Origin: Flaccisagitta enflata
Lineage: Eukaryota
Reading direction: 5' to 3'
DNA: 64,000 bases
NCBI GenBank assembly: GCA_965153355.1
Contig: OZ231126.1
Span: 44,206,001-44,270,000 of the forward strand
Shown: in pieces, positions 1 to 11,800 of the stretch
Numbering within the stretch: position 1 is the stretch's first letter
Layout of the letters: each line of letters opens with the position of its first letter
Made by a program: the position numbers and the translations under genes
Notes under the pieces: generated by a model
What the model saw: the letters and a program-made list of their open reading frames with translations, nothing else
The model's database searches: none
What the model was told of the DNA's origin: nothing

Positions 1-61
1 CTTTTTTATATCAAGGTGTCAGAAAAATGGTTGACTAGATATAGTTTTTACTGTGAGCGAT

Positions 62-220
62 CAGGCGTTCATATTTTGGAGGCGCGGGGCGCGCCGCGCC
101 TCGGAACATGAGGAAGCTTGTCGGAAGGAAAGGAAGGAGAAGGGAAAGGGGAAAAAGAAAAGGAAGGAAAGGAAAGGAAGAAAGAGGGGAAAGAGAGGAA
201 AGAAGAAAAAGAAAAAAAGA

Positions 221-293
<73 letters not shown>

Positions 294-942
294 GAGAGAC
301 AGAGACAGAGATATCAAATCGTCAGGTAGAGGATTTTGTGACTGTCATCAAAGCAGCATGAGTCTGTTTTATCTATCTTGGTGCCTGTAAAGCAAAAAAG
401 TTTTTCTTCTCATTTTCTGTGTCATTTTTTCTCGTTTTGATTGTTAGTAAACACTCTCATAAAAGCAACATCGCATGTGTTGGCACTTTCAGTCAAAAGT
501 TAGGTAGACAGATAGACAAACAGACTATTTTTTTTGAAAGGACCCTTGAACTAGCTGTTAGCCTGCTTACTTCAAGTTTCTTCCGAAATGTAATAAACGC
601 TAAATACTCCTATGAAACAACTTTGAAACAGACAGACGAACCAACTGACTGACAGATTGGCTGACTGCCAGAACAATAGACTGACCTAGAAGTGCTTGTC
701 GATGCCTTAAATCCGCTGGGAGGGGGGGGGGAACACAATTATATACAGGCCTGAGTTTTTTAAGTGTCTTTAAAACGTCAAAAATGCCTTTGAATTACTT
801 TGCACTTGACAGATGGACAGATGGAATGACTGACTGGAAAGTTAATTCAAGAGTTGCATAGCACAGGACAAAAAATGGCATGTCGGAAACTTGGTCAGAG
901 AAAATTGTGCGCCTCGGAAGATTTGCAAAATATGAACGCCTG
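62..942. mobile_element. Non-autonomous hAT-type DNA transposon (MITE) containing (AG)n and A-rich microsatellites
   Basis: 16-bp TIRs caggcgttcatatttt (62-77) / aaaatatgaacgcctg (927-942), flanked by a perfect 8-bp TSD tgagcgat (54-61, 943-950). CAG termini with an 8-bp TSD are typical of hAT. Confidence 0.85.
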
Positions 943-1085
943 TGAGCGATTATTTCGGACTGTATATTTACGATTACGTGGTTAAGTCATTTAGGAGTTA
1001 AGAGCATACTAACGATTAAAAGTGAGCTAAGATATGCATATATCATTTGGAACTTAAACTTATCGTCCGACTTATTTCTTCCTAG

Positions 1086-4000
1086 GACAAGCTGACCTCT
1101 AAATCACGTGGTTTCGGCTTCGTCACCTACCGACGCGGCGATGGTCTCGAAAAAGCCATGGCCGACCGTCCGCATGAAATTGACGGGAAGCGGGTGGATC
1201 CGAAACGCGCCATCCCCAAGGAAATGGGAAAAGAATCCGGCAAGATGGACGCGTACATGAGCGTGAGGAAGATCTTCGTCGGCGGAATACGCGACAAGCC
1301 CATCACTGAGGAAGACTTGAAGCAGTATTTCTCGCGATTCGGCGAAATCAAGGATTGCATCATAATGACCGACAAGACGACCCAAAAAAGTCGCGGGTTT
1401 GCCTTTGTCGTTTTCGATGACTACGACTCCGTCGACAAGATTGTAATCCAGCGGTTAGTGAACTGATAGTGCTGTGCTGTGTTGAATGCAGGGATGACGT
1501 ACGCTCTTTTTAGTTGCGGACACACAACTCTTATTATAAGAGGCTTTGTCCGTAAAAGAACAAAAAAAAGAAAAAAAAAGAAAGAAAAAGAAGGGAGAAA
1601 AAAAATAAAAGAAAGAAACAACAAAAGAAAACAAGGCCGGATACACGGCTACCGAAGTCGCGTGCGGGTGGGCAGGGGCCATATTTGAGGTCACCAGACC
1701 ATTTAGGCAGGAGCAGTGAGGTCAAAGAAATGAAATTATAAAAAAAGTAAAGTGTGACCAACCCTCCGACCGAAGGACAAAGCGGGTTGTAGAGTCGCGT
1801 GCACGCGACTAAAAAGAAAGAAAAATAGAAAGAAAAAAAAAGAAAGAAAAAAAGAAAGGAAAAAAGAAAGGAAAAAAAGAAAGAAAGAATAAAAGAAAAA
1901 AAGAATAAAAGAAAGGAATATAGAAAGAAAGAAAAGAAAAAAGAAAGCATCAGGGATTTATTGGGTCGGAAATTTCAAAACTCTTTTTTTTAGGTTAATA
2001 TCATTAAAAAGTGTATTCTGAGCATAATCAATCCTGGTAAAAAAATTTCAAGCAGCCAAATCGAAAGCCAGTGAAACAAATGAATCTAGAGCCCTGAAAA
2101 ACTTAGTTTCTAGTTTTTAGTCGCGTGCACGCGACTCTACAACCCGCTTTGTCGGTCCGTCCGTCCGTCCGTCCACTCTTTTTGGCCACATCGAGTTATT
2201 TCTCGATGTGGTCTATAACATAGCCTTGAAAATTCTTAGGTCATTTTAGATCATTTTAAGTCATTTATAGTTATTCTAAGTCATTTTGAGTCAGTCTAAG
2301 TCATTATAAGTCATTTTAAGTCATTTTAAGTTATTAAAAGTTATTTTTGGTTTTTTGTTTTTTAGTCATTTTAAGTCAATTTTGGTCATTTTAGGTCATT
2401 CTAAGTTATTGAAAGTCATTCTAAGTCATTCTAAGTCACTCTTTGCCTGTAAGTCTCGCACGCGACTTATAGGTGTTGGCCTTGTTTCACATACCTTAAC
2501 TCGTATGACCATTGGCCATTATATCTAGCAAATTTACCATGATTAAAGGGAAATTGGATCGATGAGCACAATCTGTTGGAAAAAACCGCTTCAGTCAAAG
2601 TACCCTTTTGACCACCTTAGTTCTTGAGAGAGATACTTTCGCAAGATCTTCTGTGACGTCGTAGTTGTTTTTTAAACATATCGCTGTTAACATGAAGCCC
2701 GGCTATAATACTTTTCTAATTATCATTCCACTTATTTTTGAAACAAAAAAGAATTCCTGAAGTTTTGGCGCTTTAATTTGACTAGACTCTAAGCCAATTT
2801 AGAAACGGACACTTGTAAGCAACATGGGAAGAAAGAAAGAAAGAAAGAAAGATGGAAAGATAGATAGATAGAAAGAAAGTGTAGGAAAAAAATCAGCCGT
2901 TCATTCAATCATAGATAGTTCTTACACATTATTTTGAATTCATCCGCTATGAAAAGGCGTACGAGTGCACATGAACATGTATAGGCCGAAGCTCCTTTAT
3001 TGACTTTAACCTCCCATGCCTTCTCACATTCGTTTACTCATTCGTTCATTCCTCGCACATTCGTGTAACTATTTTCCGACGTTATATATTTTTTCGATGC
3101 ATATATTTGCCACAACTTGGCCTTGCTTGATGTCTTAAAGGAGCCGTTTGTATATCTGTATAAGCGTATATGTATATGGCCCCCATTCCATAGAATCCAC
3201 CCATAGAATCCACCATCTTCCCAGCCTACCTTTGTTTGTGTCCAGGTTTCATCCAATCAACGGTGTTAACGTTGAAGTTAAGAAGGCCATTCCAAAAGAA
3301 GATACCGTCACCATTCCACGTCCTGTCGTTTATCACTCAAGCGTCGGCTCAAGGGGAGCACCTCACTACCCGTATCAAGGTACATGGAACGTCAGGGTCA
3401 TGAAGAGCTACCGTTTTAATTGGTAAACTGGTATTCAAGAAACACCTCTCTCGTATCTTCCCTCATAAGGATATGGTCACGGCGGCTGGGGGACAGGTGC
3501 TTACACTGGAGCCCCTATGTTGTCGGCGTCCGCGCCGAATGTTTACGGGTTCTCGGGATATGCCAGCGCCACGCCACCGTTCGGCGGCTACAATCCCAGG
3601 GATCTTCCCACCTATGGAGGTATGTTTCACAAAGGTTGAAAATGGTTCTACCATGCCATCGGTCCCTAACAAGCGCCCTATCGGGTTCAGTTTCCAACTT
3701 CTCGTAGAATATTCTTTTCTGTCTCATATTTCTTTACGCTTTTTTCCCCTCTACCACCTTTGCTACATTACTCTTACCTCGTCGCGCTTGAAGAAACTAT
3801 CGAGCAAGCTCTCATGGAATTGAAAGCTCTGGAGACTATGGGAAGCGAGATTAAGTAGGTTCACATGTCTAACACGGCGATTTTGGTTTTCACACACTTT
3901 TCTGTCAGGCGCTTCTTAGGGACCGTATTGGCCAAGTGTGTGTATGGGGGAGGGATGTTTTGAAGTACCTAGTACCTAGTCTGTACCTGTAACGGTTGGA

Positions 4001-4259
4001 ATGTGAGCTGTAAGTTTTACGTTCCTCTTCAGTCCTGCATTTAAATTCGTTCGTCGATCTTTTTTGACTACAAAGAGGAATTCTATACCTACATCTTACG
4101 AGAGTGGATTTATCCATGCCAGGCCTGAACCAGAGCAACCCTCGCGTCGGCAATTTGGGCACTCCGAATCCTTACCCAGCCACGGCGATGACCAACGCCG
4201 TGACGTACAACGCAGGCAGCGGTTTCGGCAGCAATATGTACACTACCGATCGTCGATGA
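1086..4259 (+). CDS. hnRNP A/B family (hnRNP A1/A2-, Hrb87F-like) double-RRM RNA-binding protein, 5' part outside the window
   Basis: Exons 1086-1453, 3246-3379 and 3470-3619 are well supported (GT-AG, phases match): RNP1 SRGFGFVTY, RPHEIDGKRVDPKRA, RRM2 KIFVGGI...KSRGFAFVVFDDYDSVDKIVIQR|FHPINGVNVEVKKA, then a G/Y-rich region. Probable further exons 3794-3854, 3909-3935 and 4076-4259 are phase-consistent but less certain. Confidence 0.85.
1629..1815 (-). mobile_element. Helentron-associated (HINE/DINE-1-like) non-autonomous element, family A
   Basis: In element orientation: TTTTAGTCGCGTGCACGCGACT 5' palindrome, (GTCG/GTCC)n microsatellite, inverted subterminal repeat GCACGCGACT, 3' hairpin GCCGTGTATCCGGC, then TTGTTT. 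Inserted in an A/T run with no TSD. Related copies at about 2116-2487, 15449-15650, 17629-17822, 22989-23185, 31490-31678, 35107-35249, 38675-38867, 41136-41468, 44073-44248, 47178-47551, 51586-51833, 56177-56363 and 60377-60574. Confidence 0.8.
2116..2487 (+). mobile_element. HINE family A variant carrying an internal ~10-bp (gtcattttaa) tandem array
   Basis: Same 5' palindrome and 3' gcacgcgact...ggccttgtt end as family A; an inverted copy with the same array lies at 41136-41468. Confidence 0.75.
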
Positions 4260-4862
4260 GCGCGTATCGTTCACGCTCGCGGTCAGTCTCTCCAAGGCGC
4301 CGTTCCAGTAAAGAACCCAAAATTGAACCAAAAACTTAACAGATTCTCTAAATTAGGGACCATCAATCAATTCGAACTTGGAAACATAGATGTAGACAAC
4401 AGACGTTGAACCTTTCACTGCTTGTGCTTAGACTGTGCTTAGACTTGTGCTGAAGCCGTAGACTTAGAATGTATTTATTAACTTTCTGATGTTGATTTGG
4501 TCTTTATATTATGTGTAAGTAGCACTTCAGTCTTGTTGCTGTTGCTTTTATATATTTATTACAAAATTTTCTGGCCCTTGTGTTATTTTCATTGACACGG
4601 TATATTTGTAGCGCTTTGTATTAACAGCGAATGCGACGATCACCAATAATTTTGTTGATGCATGAATTGCATGATGCTCAAAGATGATGCCGATACTCGA
4701 TAGTTGGCTTGGGAGATGTTTTTGTTTCTGAAATGATGTTACCCAGTCGTACAGGCTTTCACCAAGAAGAAGAAGAAGAAGAAGAAGAAGAAGAAGAAGA
4801 AGAAGAAGAAGAAGAAGAAGAAGAAGAAGAAGAAGAAGAAGAAGAAGAAAGAAAAAGAAAAA

Positions 4863-6002
4863 GAACAGGTCGCCCAAGGGCAATATATGGTCAGCGATAC
4901 CCTTAGCCCTGCTTTGAGTGATTGTGAGTTGGAGTGAGGGGAAGCAAGGCAGCGGCCCTAAAGGGGACGAAGTCCTGTAGAACACAGGGGGACTTTCGTT
5001 CGTCCTGCCTTACCTGGATGAGATGCTACATAGAGGGTTGACTGAAGGCCTTCAAGAGCTTAAATTGAGGTCTAAGAAGGCTTATGTAATGCCTGAGAAC
5101 GACAATTGGAAGCTTGAGAGGACTAATTTGAGGCCTAATTTGAGGCATGAGAGGACAGGTTTGAGGCATGGGAATTTCGATTTGAGGCCTGCGAGGCCTA
5201 GTTTGAGGTCTGAAAGGCCAGGTTTGAGGCCTGCTAGGTCGGATTTGAAGCCAGAGAGGCTGGATTTGAGGCCTGAGAAGCTGGATTTGAGGCCTGAGAG
5301 GCTGGATTGGAGGCCTGAGAGGCTGAATTTGAGGCCGGAGAGGCTAGATTTAAGGCCTGAGGGGCTTGATAAAGGGGGGCAGCGGCGTAGGAGTGCTGGA
5401 ATTTTTGGGACTTCCACCACCTAACTAGTGTCCGACAAATTTGGTGTCCCAACAGAAAATAAAGTGAAAAAATGTTATTCCTATTATACTCTTGTTTGCT
5501 ACTATATTTAGGATAGGGGGAAGGGGCCTAATCAGTAATCACACTCAGTATGGGAGAAAATAGTTTTATCTTTATTTCAGTCATTCACATTCAATGTTTA
5601 GATCTTCACTTCTTCTTTTGCCCACTTTGCTCCCCTACATCCCTCTTTATTTGCCTAAAACTAACATAAACTTTAAAACCTTTTATTTAGATTTCTTCAT
5701 AAATTGTCCATCAGAGTGCTACCATGCAAGCACATGTAGTGTGTGTTGGTCAGTTTTCCTCTTTCTCCCTCTTGCTATTTTAACTAAGAAAAGTGTATTA
5801 ACCTTTACACTTTGAAGATAAATGGGAGGAGGTGATCTGTCATTTACAATCACTAATCTCACTCAGGTTTTAAATGTCCTTCAATCAGTTTGTCTGTCTT
5901 TCTGTCTCTTTTACTATCTTTTTTTCTTTTTGTTTTCATCTTTTGTTTAATCTATTTTTTCTGCTTTTCAACTTTTCCTGTTTGTCTTTCCCTCTGTCTG
6001 TT

Positions 6003-6070
<68 letters not shown>

Positions 6071-6325
6071 TTTTGCTTTTCTTCTTTCTTTCTTTTTTTT
6101 TTTTTTTTTTTTTTTTTTTTCTCTTTCTCTCTTTCTTCTTTCCTTCATTGGTGTCCCGACAACTTTGGTGTCCCGACAGCAGGGACTTCCATGGAAGTCC
6201 CGGAAGTCCCTTCTCCTACGCCGCTGAAGGGGGGGACGCACAAACGGACGAACGAACGAACGAACGAACAAAAGTCCCCCTGTGTTCTACAGGACTTCGT
6301 CCCCTTCGGGGCCGCGGCCCAAAAA
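4863..6325. mobile_element. HINE-like family D element with ~55-bp subterminal inverted repeats and an internal 21-bp array (aggcctgagaggctggatttg), interrupted by a hAT MITE
   Basis: Inverted repeat gcagcggccc...ggggacgaagtcctgtagaacacagggggacttt (~4949-4996) versus aaagtccccctgtgttctacaggacttcgtcccc...gggccgcggccc (~6271-6320). Related copies at about 6450-6890, 14560-14730, 46830-47095, 52290-52670 and 62820-62925. Confidence 0.7.
5380..6226. mobile_element. Non-autonomous hAT-type MITE nested in the family D element
   Basis: TIR cagcggcgtaggag / ctcctacgccgctg with 8-bp TSD aagggggg (5372-5379, 6227-6234). Confidence 0.8.
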
Positions 6326-7539
6326 GGAGGAAGAGGAGAGATAGAAGAGGAAGAGAACAGAGGTAAAGAGGAAGAGGAAACAGGTCGTCATATAGTCGAA
6401 GGCTCCGATGCCCCATTTTTTTGAAGATAATCTTTAATCAATTCGGTTAATGGGGCAGCGGCCCCAGAGGAGCCAATGACCTACAATGCCAAACAGGGTT
6501 GATTTGAGGCCTGGAAGGATCTATTTGAGGCTAAGAGTAGCAAATTTCAGAGCGAAGATATTTACCTTGAGGTTTGACTTCCAGCTTGATTGGAGTGATA
6601 TGAAGCCTGGAAAGGCTAATTTGAGGCTCAATTAGTGATTTGAGGGCCAATTTGACCTTGGAAGGCTGATTTCAGGCTTATAAGGCTGATTTCAGGCCTG
6701 AGGTGGCTGATTTAGGGCCTGAGAAGGCTAATTCGAGGCCTGGAAAGGTTGATTTGAAGTCCGAGGAGGCTGATTTGGGAAGGCTATTTTGAGGCTTGAT
6801 CATGAGCCTCGGAGGGGGAGGGATGTATGACGGAAAAAAATTGCCGTGTGGAATCATAGGACATCGGCCCCTCCGGGGCCGCTGCACAAAAAAAGAGAAA
6901 AAGAAAAGGAAGAAGAAGAAGAAGAAGAAGAAGAAGAAGAAGAAGAAGAAGAAGAAGAAGAAGAAGAAGAAGAAGAAGAAGAAGAAGAAGAAGAAGAAGA
7001 AGAAGAAAATACTCGCGAAATGAGAAGAAGGGGGTGGAATGAAGGGCAAAGAAGAAGGGGGAGAGAGTGGAGTGAAGGCAGATGAGATGAGCCAAAAAAG
7101 TAAAGGAGAATAACAAGCCTGACCGGGCAAATTTGCGTCCTGACTGTGTCTCTGCGTGTATTGATTTCGGCGCTAGACACGTCATATATGGGGGGACAGA
7201 TAGATGGACGGATAGACAGATAAATGACCTCAGAGCATCCCAAAGAGTGTTCGGTTTGATACGTAACATCGCCGCGGTTGAAAAGTGCCGAAAATTACGA
7301 TTTTTTAGGAAGGATAACGGACACACCGACGGACAGACAGACGGAGGGACAGATGGACGGACAGACCCTCTTATAGAGTTGCGTTCCTGACGGACGCATT
7401 TGAAAAGTTATTGAACAGAATATAAAAATGAAGAAGAAGATGAAGAAGAAGAGGATGAAAAAAGATGAAGATGATGAAGAAAAAGAAGAAGAGGAAGAAG
7501 AAGATGAAGATGAAGGATAAATAAAAAGAAGAGATGATG

Positions 7540-8198
7540 AAACAAGGCCGGATACACGGCCATCAGTTGCGGACGGGTGGGCAGGGGCGGAAATGCGTTT
7601 TACCACTTTTCGACTCGATTATCACGGACCGACGGACAAAGCCTCTTATAGAGTTGCGTTTGCGTGCTTCGCATAGCAAAAGTTAGGAGTATCCCTTCAC
7701 CCTACTTAGGTAATGTGGAGGAGCAAAAATCATAAAGATGACCATTTTCCTTTTTTCAAAATTCCTTCATCTTCCGTTTTTGTTTTGGCCCTAAAGTTTC
7801 CACAGATTTCCCAGAATTCAGCAAAATCCTGTGCAGTTTTGTTACAAATAGGACAATTATTTGTTATAGAAAAATCATGATGCTTGTAAAAATAAACTAA
7901 AATATTAGAACATAAGCTATGAAAAAGCTTATGAAAAAGCAGAATTGCATTTCTTTGAAAAATAAAAATTTGTTAAAGCTAAATCAAACAATATCAGCAG
8001 ATTGTTTTATCCCACTGCATTATGCAAATTAGGCCCTCAAAAGCAATTTTCTAAAAAACGGAAGATGAACAATTTTTGATAAAAGAAAAATGGTAAGGGT
8101 CCTAAAATTGGCCACTCCACATTAGGTAAAGAGGGCGAAAAGAAATAAACAACTTTTGCCATGTGAAGCACCCAAGAGTTGCGTGTCCGCAACTAAAA
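7540..8198 (-). mobile_element. HINE family B element (palindrome AGTTGCGGACACGCAACT) split by a TIR MITE
   Basis: aacaaggccggatacacggccatcagttgcggacgggtgggcagggg ... agagttgcgtgtccgcaactaaaaa. Other copies at about 34741-34893, 43772-43926, 47888-48051, 51992-52202 and 53491-53712. Confidence 0.75.
7660..8175. mobile_element. TIR MITE with 9-bp TSD (Mutator/Merlin-like)
   Basis: TIR ttg(g/c)gtgcttc(a/g)catagcaaaagtt / aacttttgccatgtgaagcacccaa; TSD gagttgcgt at 7651-7659 and 8176-8184. Further copies at 38388-38649 and about 44538-45030. Confidence 0.8.
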
Positions 8199-8725
8199 AG
8201 AGAAAGGAAAATGTCTCATTTTCCTTCAATTTTTTTCAATCTTCATGAAACAAATCGGTCAAAATAATCAGAACAGACCTGGAGACAACGGCTTTACTAT
8301 TCTTTTAGTAAAATAGTACATCTGAGACATTATTTAAATAATAAAACCGGTCTAGCATCTATAAAATAAAGGCAGAATCAGGTCCATCACATAGTCCAAA
8401 AAATGAAGGTTCCTTACCACCCTCACAATCTGAAAAGTCATCGTATTACACTTATGCAACCCAGGTTATGCATAGATTTTTGTTTTTTTGGTATTCTAAT
8501 ACACCATTTTACCATTTACAACTGGAGTTTTAACTGAATACAAAACTTTCATTTTTACTCCTTCATTTTTTACTCCTTCTATTTTAGCCCCCTCGCCGGC
8601 ACCTTGTCTTATAGCGCCTTTTAGGCATGGAATTGTTCATGCAGCTTTAAAAATCCTAATGAACCCTGGAAATGTGTGGCAATAGTCTGAATATATACAT
8701 TTCTACCTGTAACATCAAACACTTA

Positions 8726-9305
8726 CTATCTAGGAAATATGTTTAGCAACACCTTTAAACAGAGATATTCCAACTTCTCATTTAAATAAGTGTAGAAAAT
8801 TCATGAGCATTTTAATCTACATCAAAAGATTTACAATCCAAATGCAATCTCGTCGCTGTGTATCAAACCGTTTGGAAATGCCATTAGTTTGAAGTTGATC
8901 AAGTACTTTGAAAAATAATAAAAAAATAAGACTCTTACCCTTCCATCTTTGAAATTCTCTTTAATTCTACCAAAAATTGATAAAGATGTGCAGATTTCAC
9001 CGCTGGTTAGTTCTTGAGCTCTAGTTTTATAATCTCATGGATTTTGGGGCAGATTTGAAATAAGAGGTAGCCCAATTTTGCAGTCAAAATGACCAAAAAT
9101 CTAGTGTTTTTATCGCAACCACCTCTTGGTTATGATAAACAAACCAAACTTGCGGTCCCTATATTGGATTAAAGATTATTTTTCTCTGTTGTTCTAGTTA
9201 ATATACAAAAACAACCAAAAACAATCAAAAAGATAAATTTTGTAAACATGAGAGGGCAAAACATACTATCAACCATAAATGTTGCTAAACTCTTTTCCTA
9301 GATAG
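8726..9305. mobile_element. Tc1/mariner-type MITE (TA TSD)
   Basis: TA|ctatctaggaaa.a.gtttagcaaca ... tgttgctaaac..tttcctagatag|TA; a near-identical second copy lies at 61389-62494. Confidence 0.8.
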
Positions 9306-10105
9306 TATGCCCTGAACACCAGTTTTTCATGATAATTTTGAGCTACAAAAAAGCTTCATGATAATTTCGAGCTACAAAAAAGCATAAAAATAACAAAATA
9401 TTGCTTTTTTTAGCATTTTTGAGCAAAAAATTGTTCATGCAGCTGTATTTATCCTGAAAAAATCCTGATTATGTGGAGTAATAGTTTAAGTAAAGATTCT
9501 TTTACCCTGAACAGCAAGTTGTTTGGGATGTTTGGGAGTTTAGAGATCAAAAATGCTGAAAGAACAATATTTTGTCATTTCAAAGCTATTTTTAAGCTCT
9601 AACTTGTATGTTATCTTGAAAAACATGTTGTGAAGGGTTAAAATGTGTAAATTCAAACTATTGCCACATATTTCCAGTATTTCATTCCTCTTTGAGAGGT
9701 ACCCAGAGAGGCGTGATAATCCAATTCACTTTCATTATGGGAATATTGCTTCAGTCATGCAGTTGACAAGCCATTCCAGCCCATCCTCACTTTTTAACCA
9801 GCATGAGAACTAACTGGGGCAATAATTTCATATCAAAGCATTGGCTTTTATCACGTTTATAGTTCTTAGATTAGAGAACGAAATTTAAGGTCCTTCAGTG
9901 ATGCGGTTGACAAGCCGTTGCTGGAGGACGTTCACATGGACGCCTTAAGCACCTTTTTCAAGCACCTTCTCAGTCAGTCCCAATTCCGCATTCATCCATA
10001 TGCCCATATCTCATCATGTTACGAGATAAAGCAACTTTGGTTATTTGGGCATATTTCGATATATCGAAATATGACTTTCGTCTTTCCCTTTTTGCTATGC
10101 CAGTA

Positions 10106-11437
10106 AAAATCTGAACAGTATCTGGGTCCGCGACGGAGGGGGGTTTAAGATCACCAATTCCATAAGATCGCTTTGACCAAAAGATCGCTAACCCTGTAAG
10201 TTTGCTAAAACTATAAGTCTTTACATTTAGAGCCGCCATACAAAGTTTCAAGCAAATCCATTGAAAAATGACAAAGTTATGCAGGTCTTTTTAATTTAGG
10301 CTAGTTTGGTGGTTGGGTGGTAGGCTGGTTTGGATTTATAGTGTGGGTATGTTGAGTTCTTCCATTTAGAGACTCCATACCAAGTTTCAACCAATTTGGT
10401 TGAAAAATGTACAATTTATGTAAGTTTTTCACTTTTAGGCCGGTAAGCTGGTTGGGTGTTTGGTCAGTTAGCATGCTGAAACATAAATAAAGCACATACA
10501 TGTGTTGAGTCCTTCCATTTAGAGACTCCATGACAAATTTCAACCAAATTGGTTGAAAAACGCCAAAGATATGCACATTTTTCACTTTTTGGCTGGTAGG
10601 CTGGTTGGGTGGTAGGCTGGTTTGACAGGATAAATAGTGCGCATATGTTGAGTTCTTCCATTTAGAGACCCCATACCAAGTTTCAACCAAATTAGTTGAA
10701 AAATGACAAAGTTATGCAAGTTTTTCACTTTTAGGCCGGTTGGCTGGTTGGGTGGTAAGTAGGTTTGGCCGGTTAGCATGCTCAAATGCATATAAATCAC
10801 ATACACATGTTGAGTCCTTCCATTTAAAGACTCCATACTTAATTTCAACCAAATCGGTTGAAAAATGCCAATGTTATGCACATTTTTCACTTTTTGGCTG
10901 GTAGGCTGGTTGGGTGGTAGGCTGGTTTGACAGGATAAATAGTGCGCATATGTTGAGTTCTTCTATTTAGAGACTCCATACCAAGTTTCAACCAAATCAG
11001 TTGAAAAATGACAAAGTTATGCAAGTTTTTCACTTTTAGGCCGGTTGGCTGGTTGGGTGGTAGGTCGGTTTGGCCGGTTAGCATGCTCAAATGCATATAA
11101 ATCATATACATATGTTGAGTCCTTCCATTTAAAGACTCCATACCAAATTTCAGCCGAATTGGTTGAAAAATGCCAAAGTTATGCACATTTTTCTCTTTTA
11201 GGCTGGTAGGCTGGTTGGGCCGGTTGGGTTGGTCGGATCACAAAAATCGGATAGGATGTAAAGCGCCTTAACTTAGTACAACTTCCCACCAAATCGGTCA
11301 AAGCATAAAAAAGTTATCCATTTTTTAAAATCCGTGACGACGACAATGACGACAACGACAACAACGACAACGACGACGACACCCACCCGCCTTGAATTAT
11401 AGTCCGCGTCGGAATGATATTCCGTCGCGGACAAAAA
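10106..11437 (-). mobile_element. HINE family E element with internal ~150-160-bp satellite array
   Basis: In element orientation 5' TTTTTGTCCGCGACGGAAT..CATTCCGACGCGGAC, (GTC)n microsatellite, tandem ~150-160-bp units (gagttcttccatttagagactccataccaagtttcaaccaaat...) and inverted subTIR CCGTCGCGGAC near the 3' end. Confidence 0.75.
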
Positions 11438-11800
11438 CAGAGTAGCAAAGCAATTTCCAAGATCTGATCTTATTTGCTTTGTTTTTTCGTGCCCAGTTTT
11501 TAAATAATCAGCTGAGATTACAAATTCCGAAGGATTGACAAAATACAAGGATATGACTGAATGGTACAGCATTCATAAATGTATTTCTTCTAAGATTTAA
11601 TTAGCAAAATCTATGGAGACCGTTAACAAGAAAAACGGCTGTGGAATTCATTCAGAATTTACCAAAGCCACAATTGAGAAAATCTAACTTTTGTGAGTCA
11701 TATTTCGATATACCAAAATATGCCCAGATGGAGAAAGTTTTGGTTTTCCGAAATATGTTGAGATACGAGCATATGAATGAATACGGAATTGGGACTGACT

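Noticed and set aside
53-390. ER/RE-, SL-, HT- and CV-repeat ORFs here and throughout the window
   Set aside because: Translations of (AG)n, (CT)n, (CA)n and (GAA)n microsatellites.
1629-1815. Short interspersed repeats as tRNA-derived SINEs or ncRNA genes
   Set aside because: No recognisable Pol III A/B boxes, cloverleaf or TSD; the palindrome, subTIR and hairpin architecture fits HINE/Helentron elements. No tRNA or rRNA gene was recognised in the window.
5023-5452. LRPERLD-repeat ORF resembling an LRR or pentapeptide protein
   Set aside because: Product of the 21-bp tandem array inside the family D repeat, which recurs in degenerate form elsewhere in the window.
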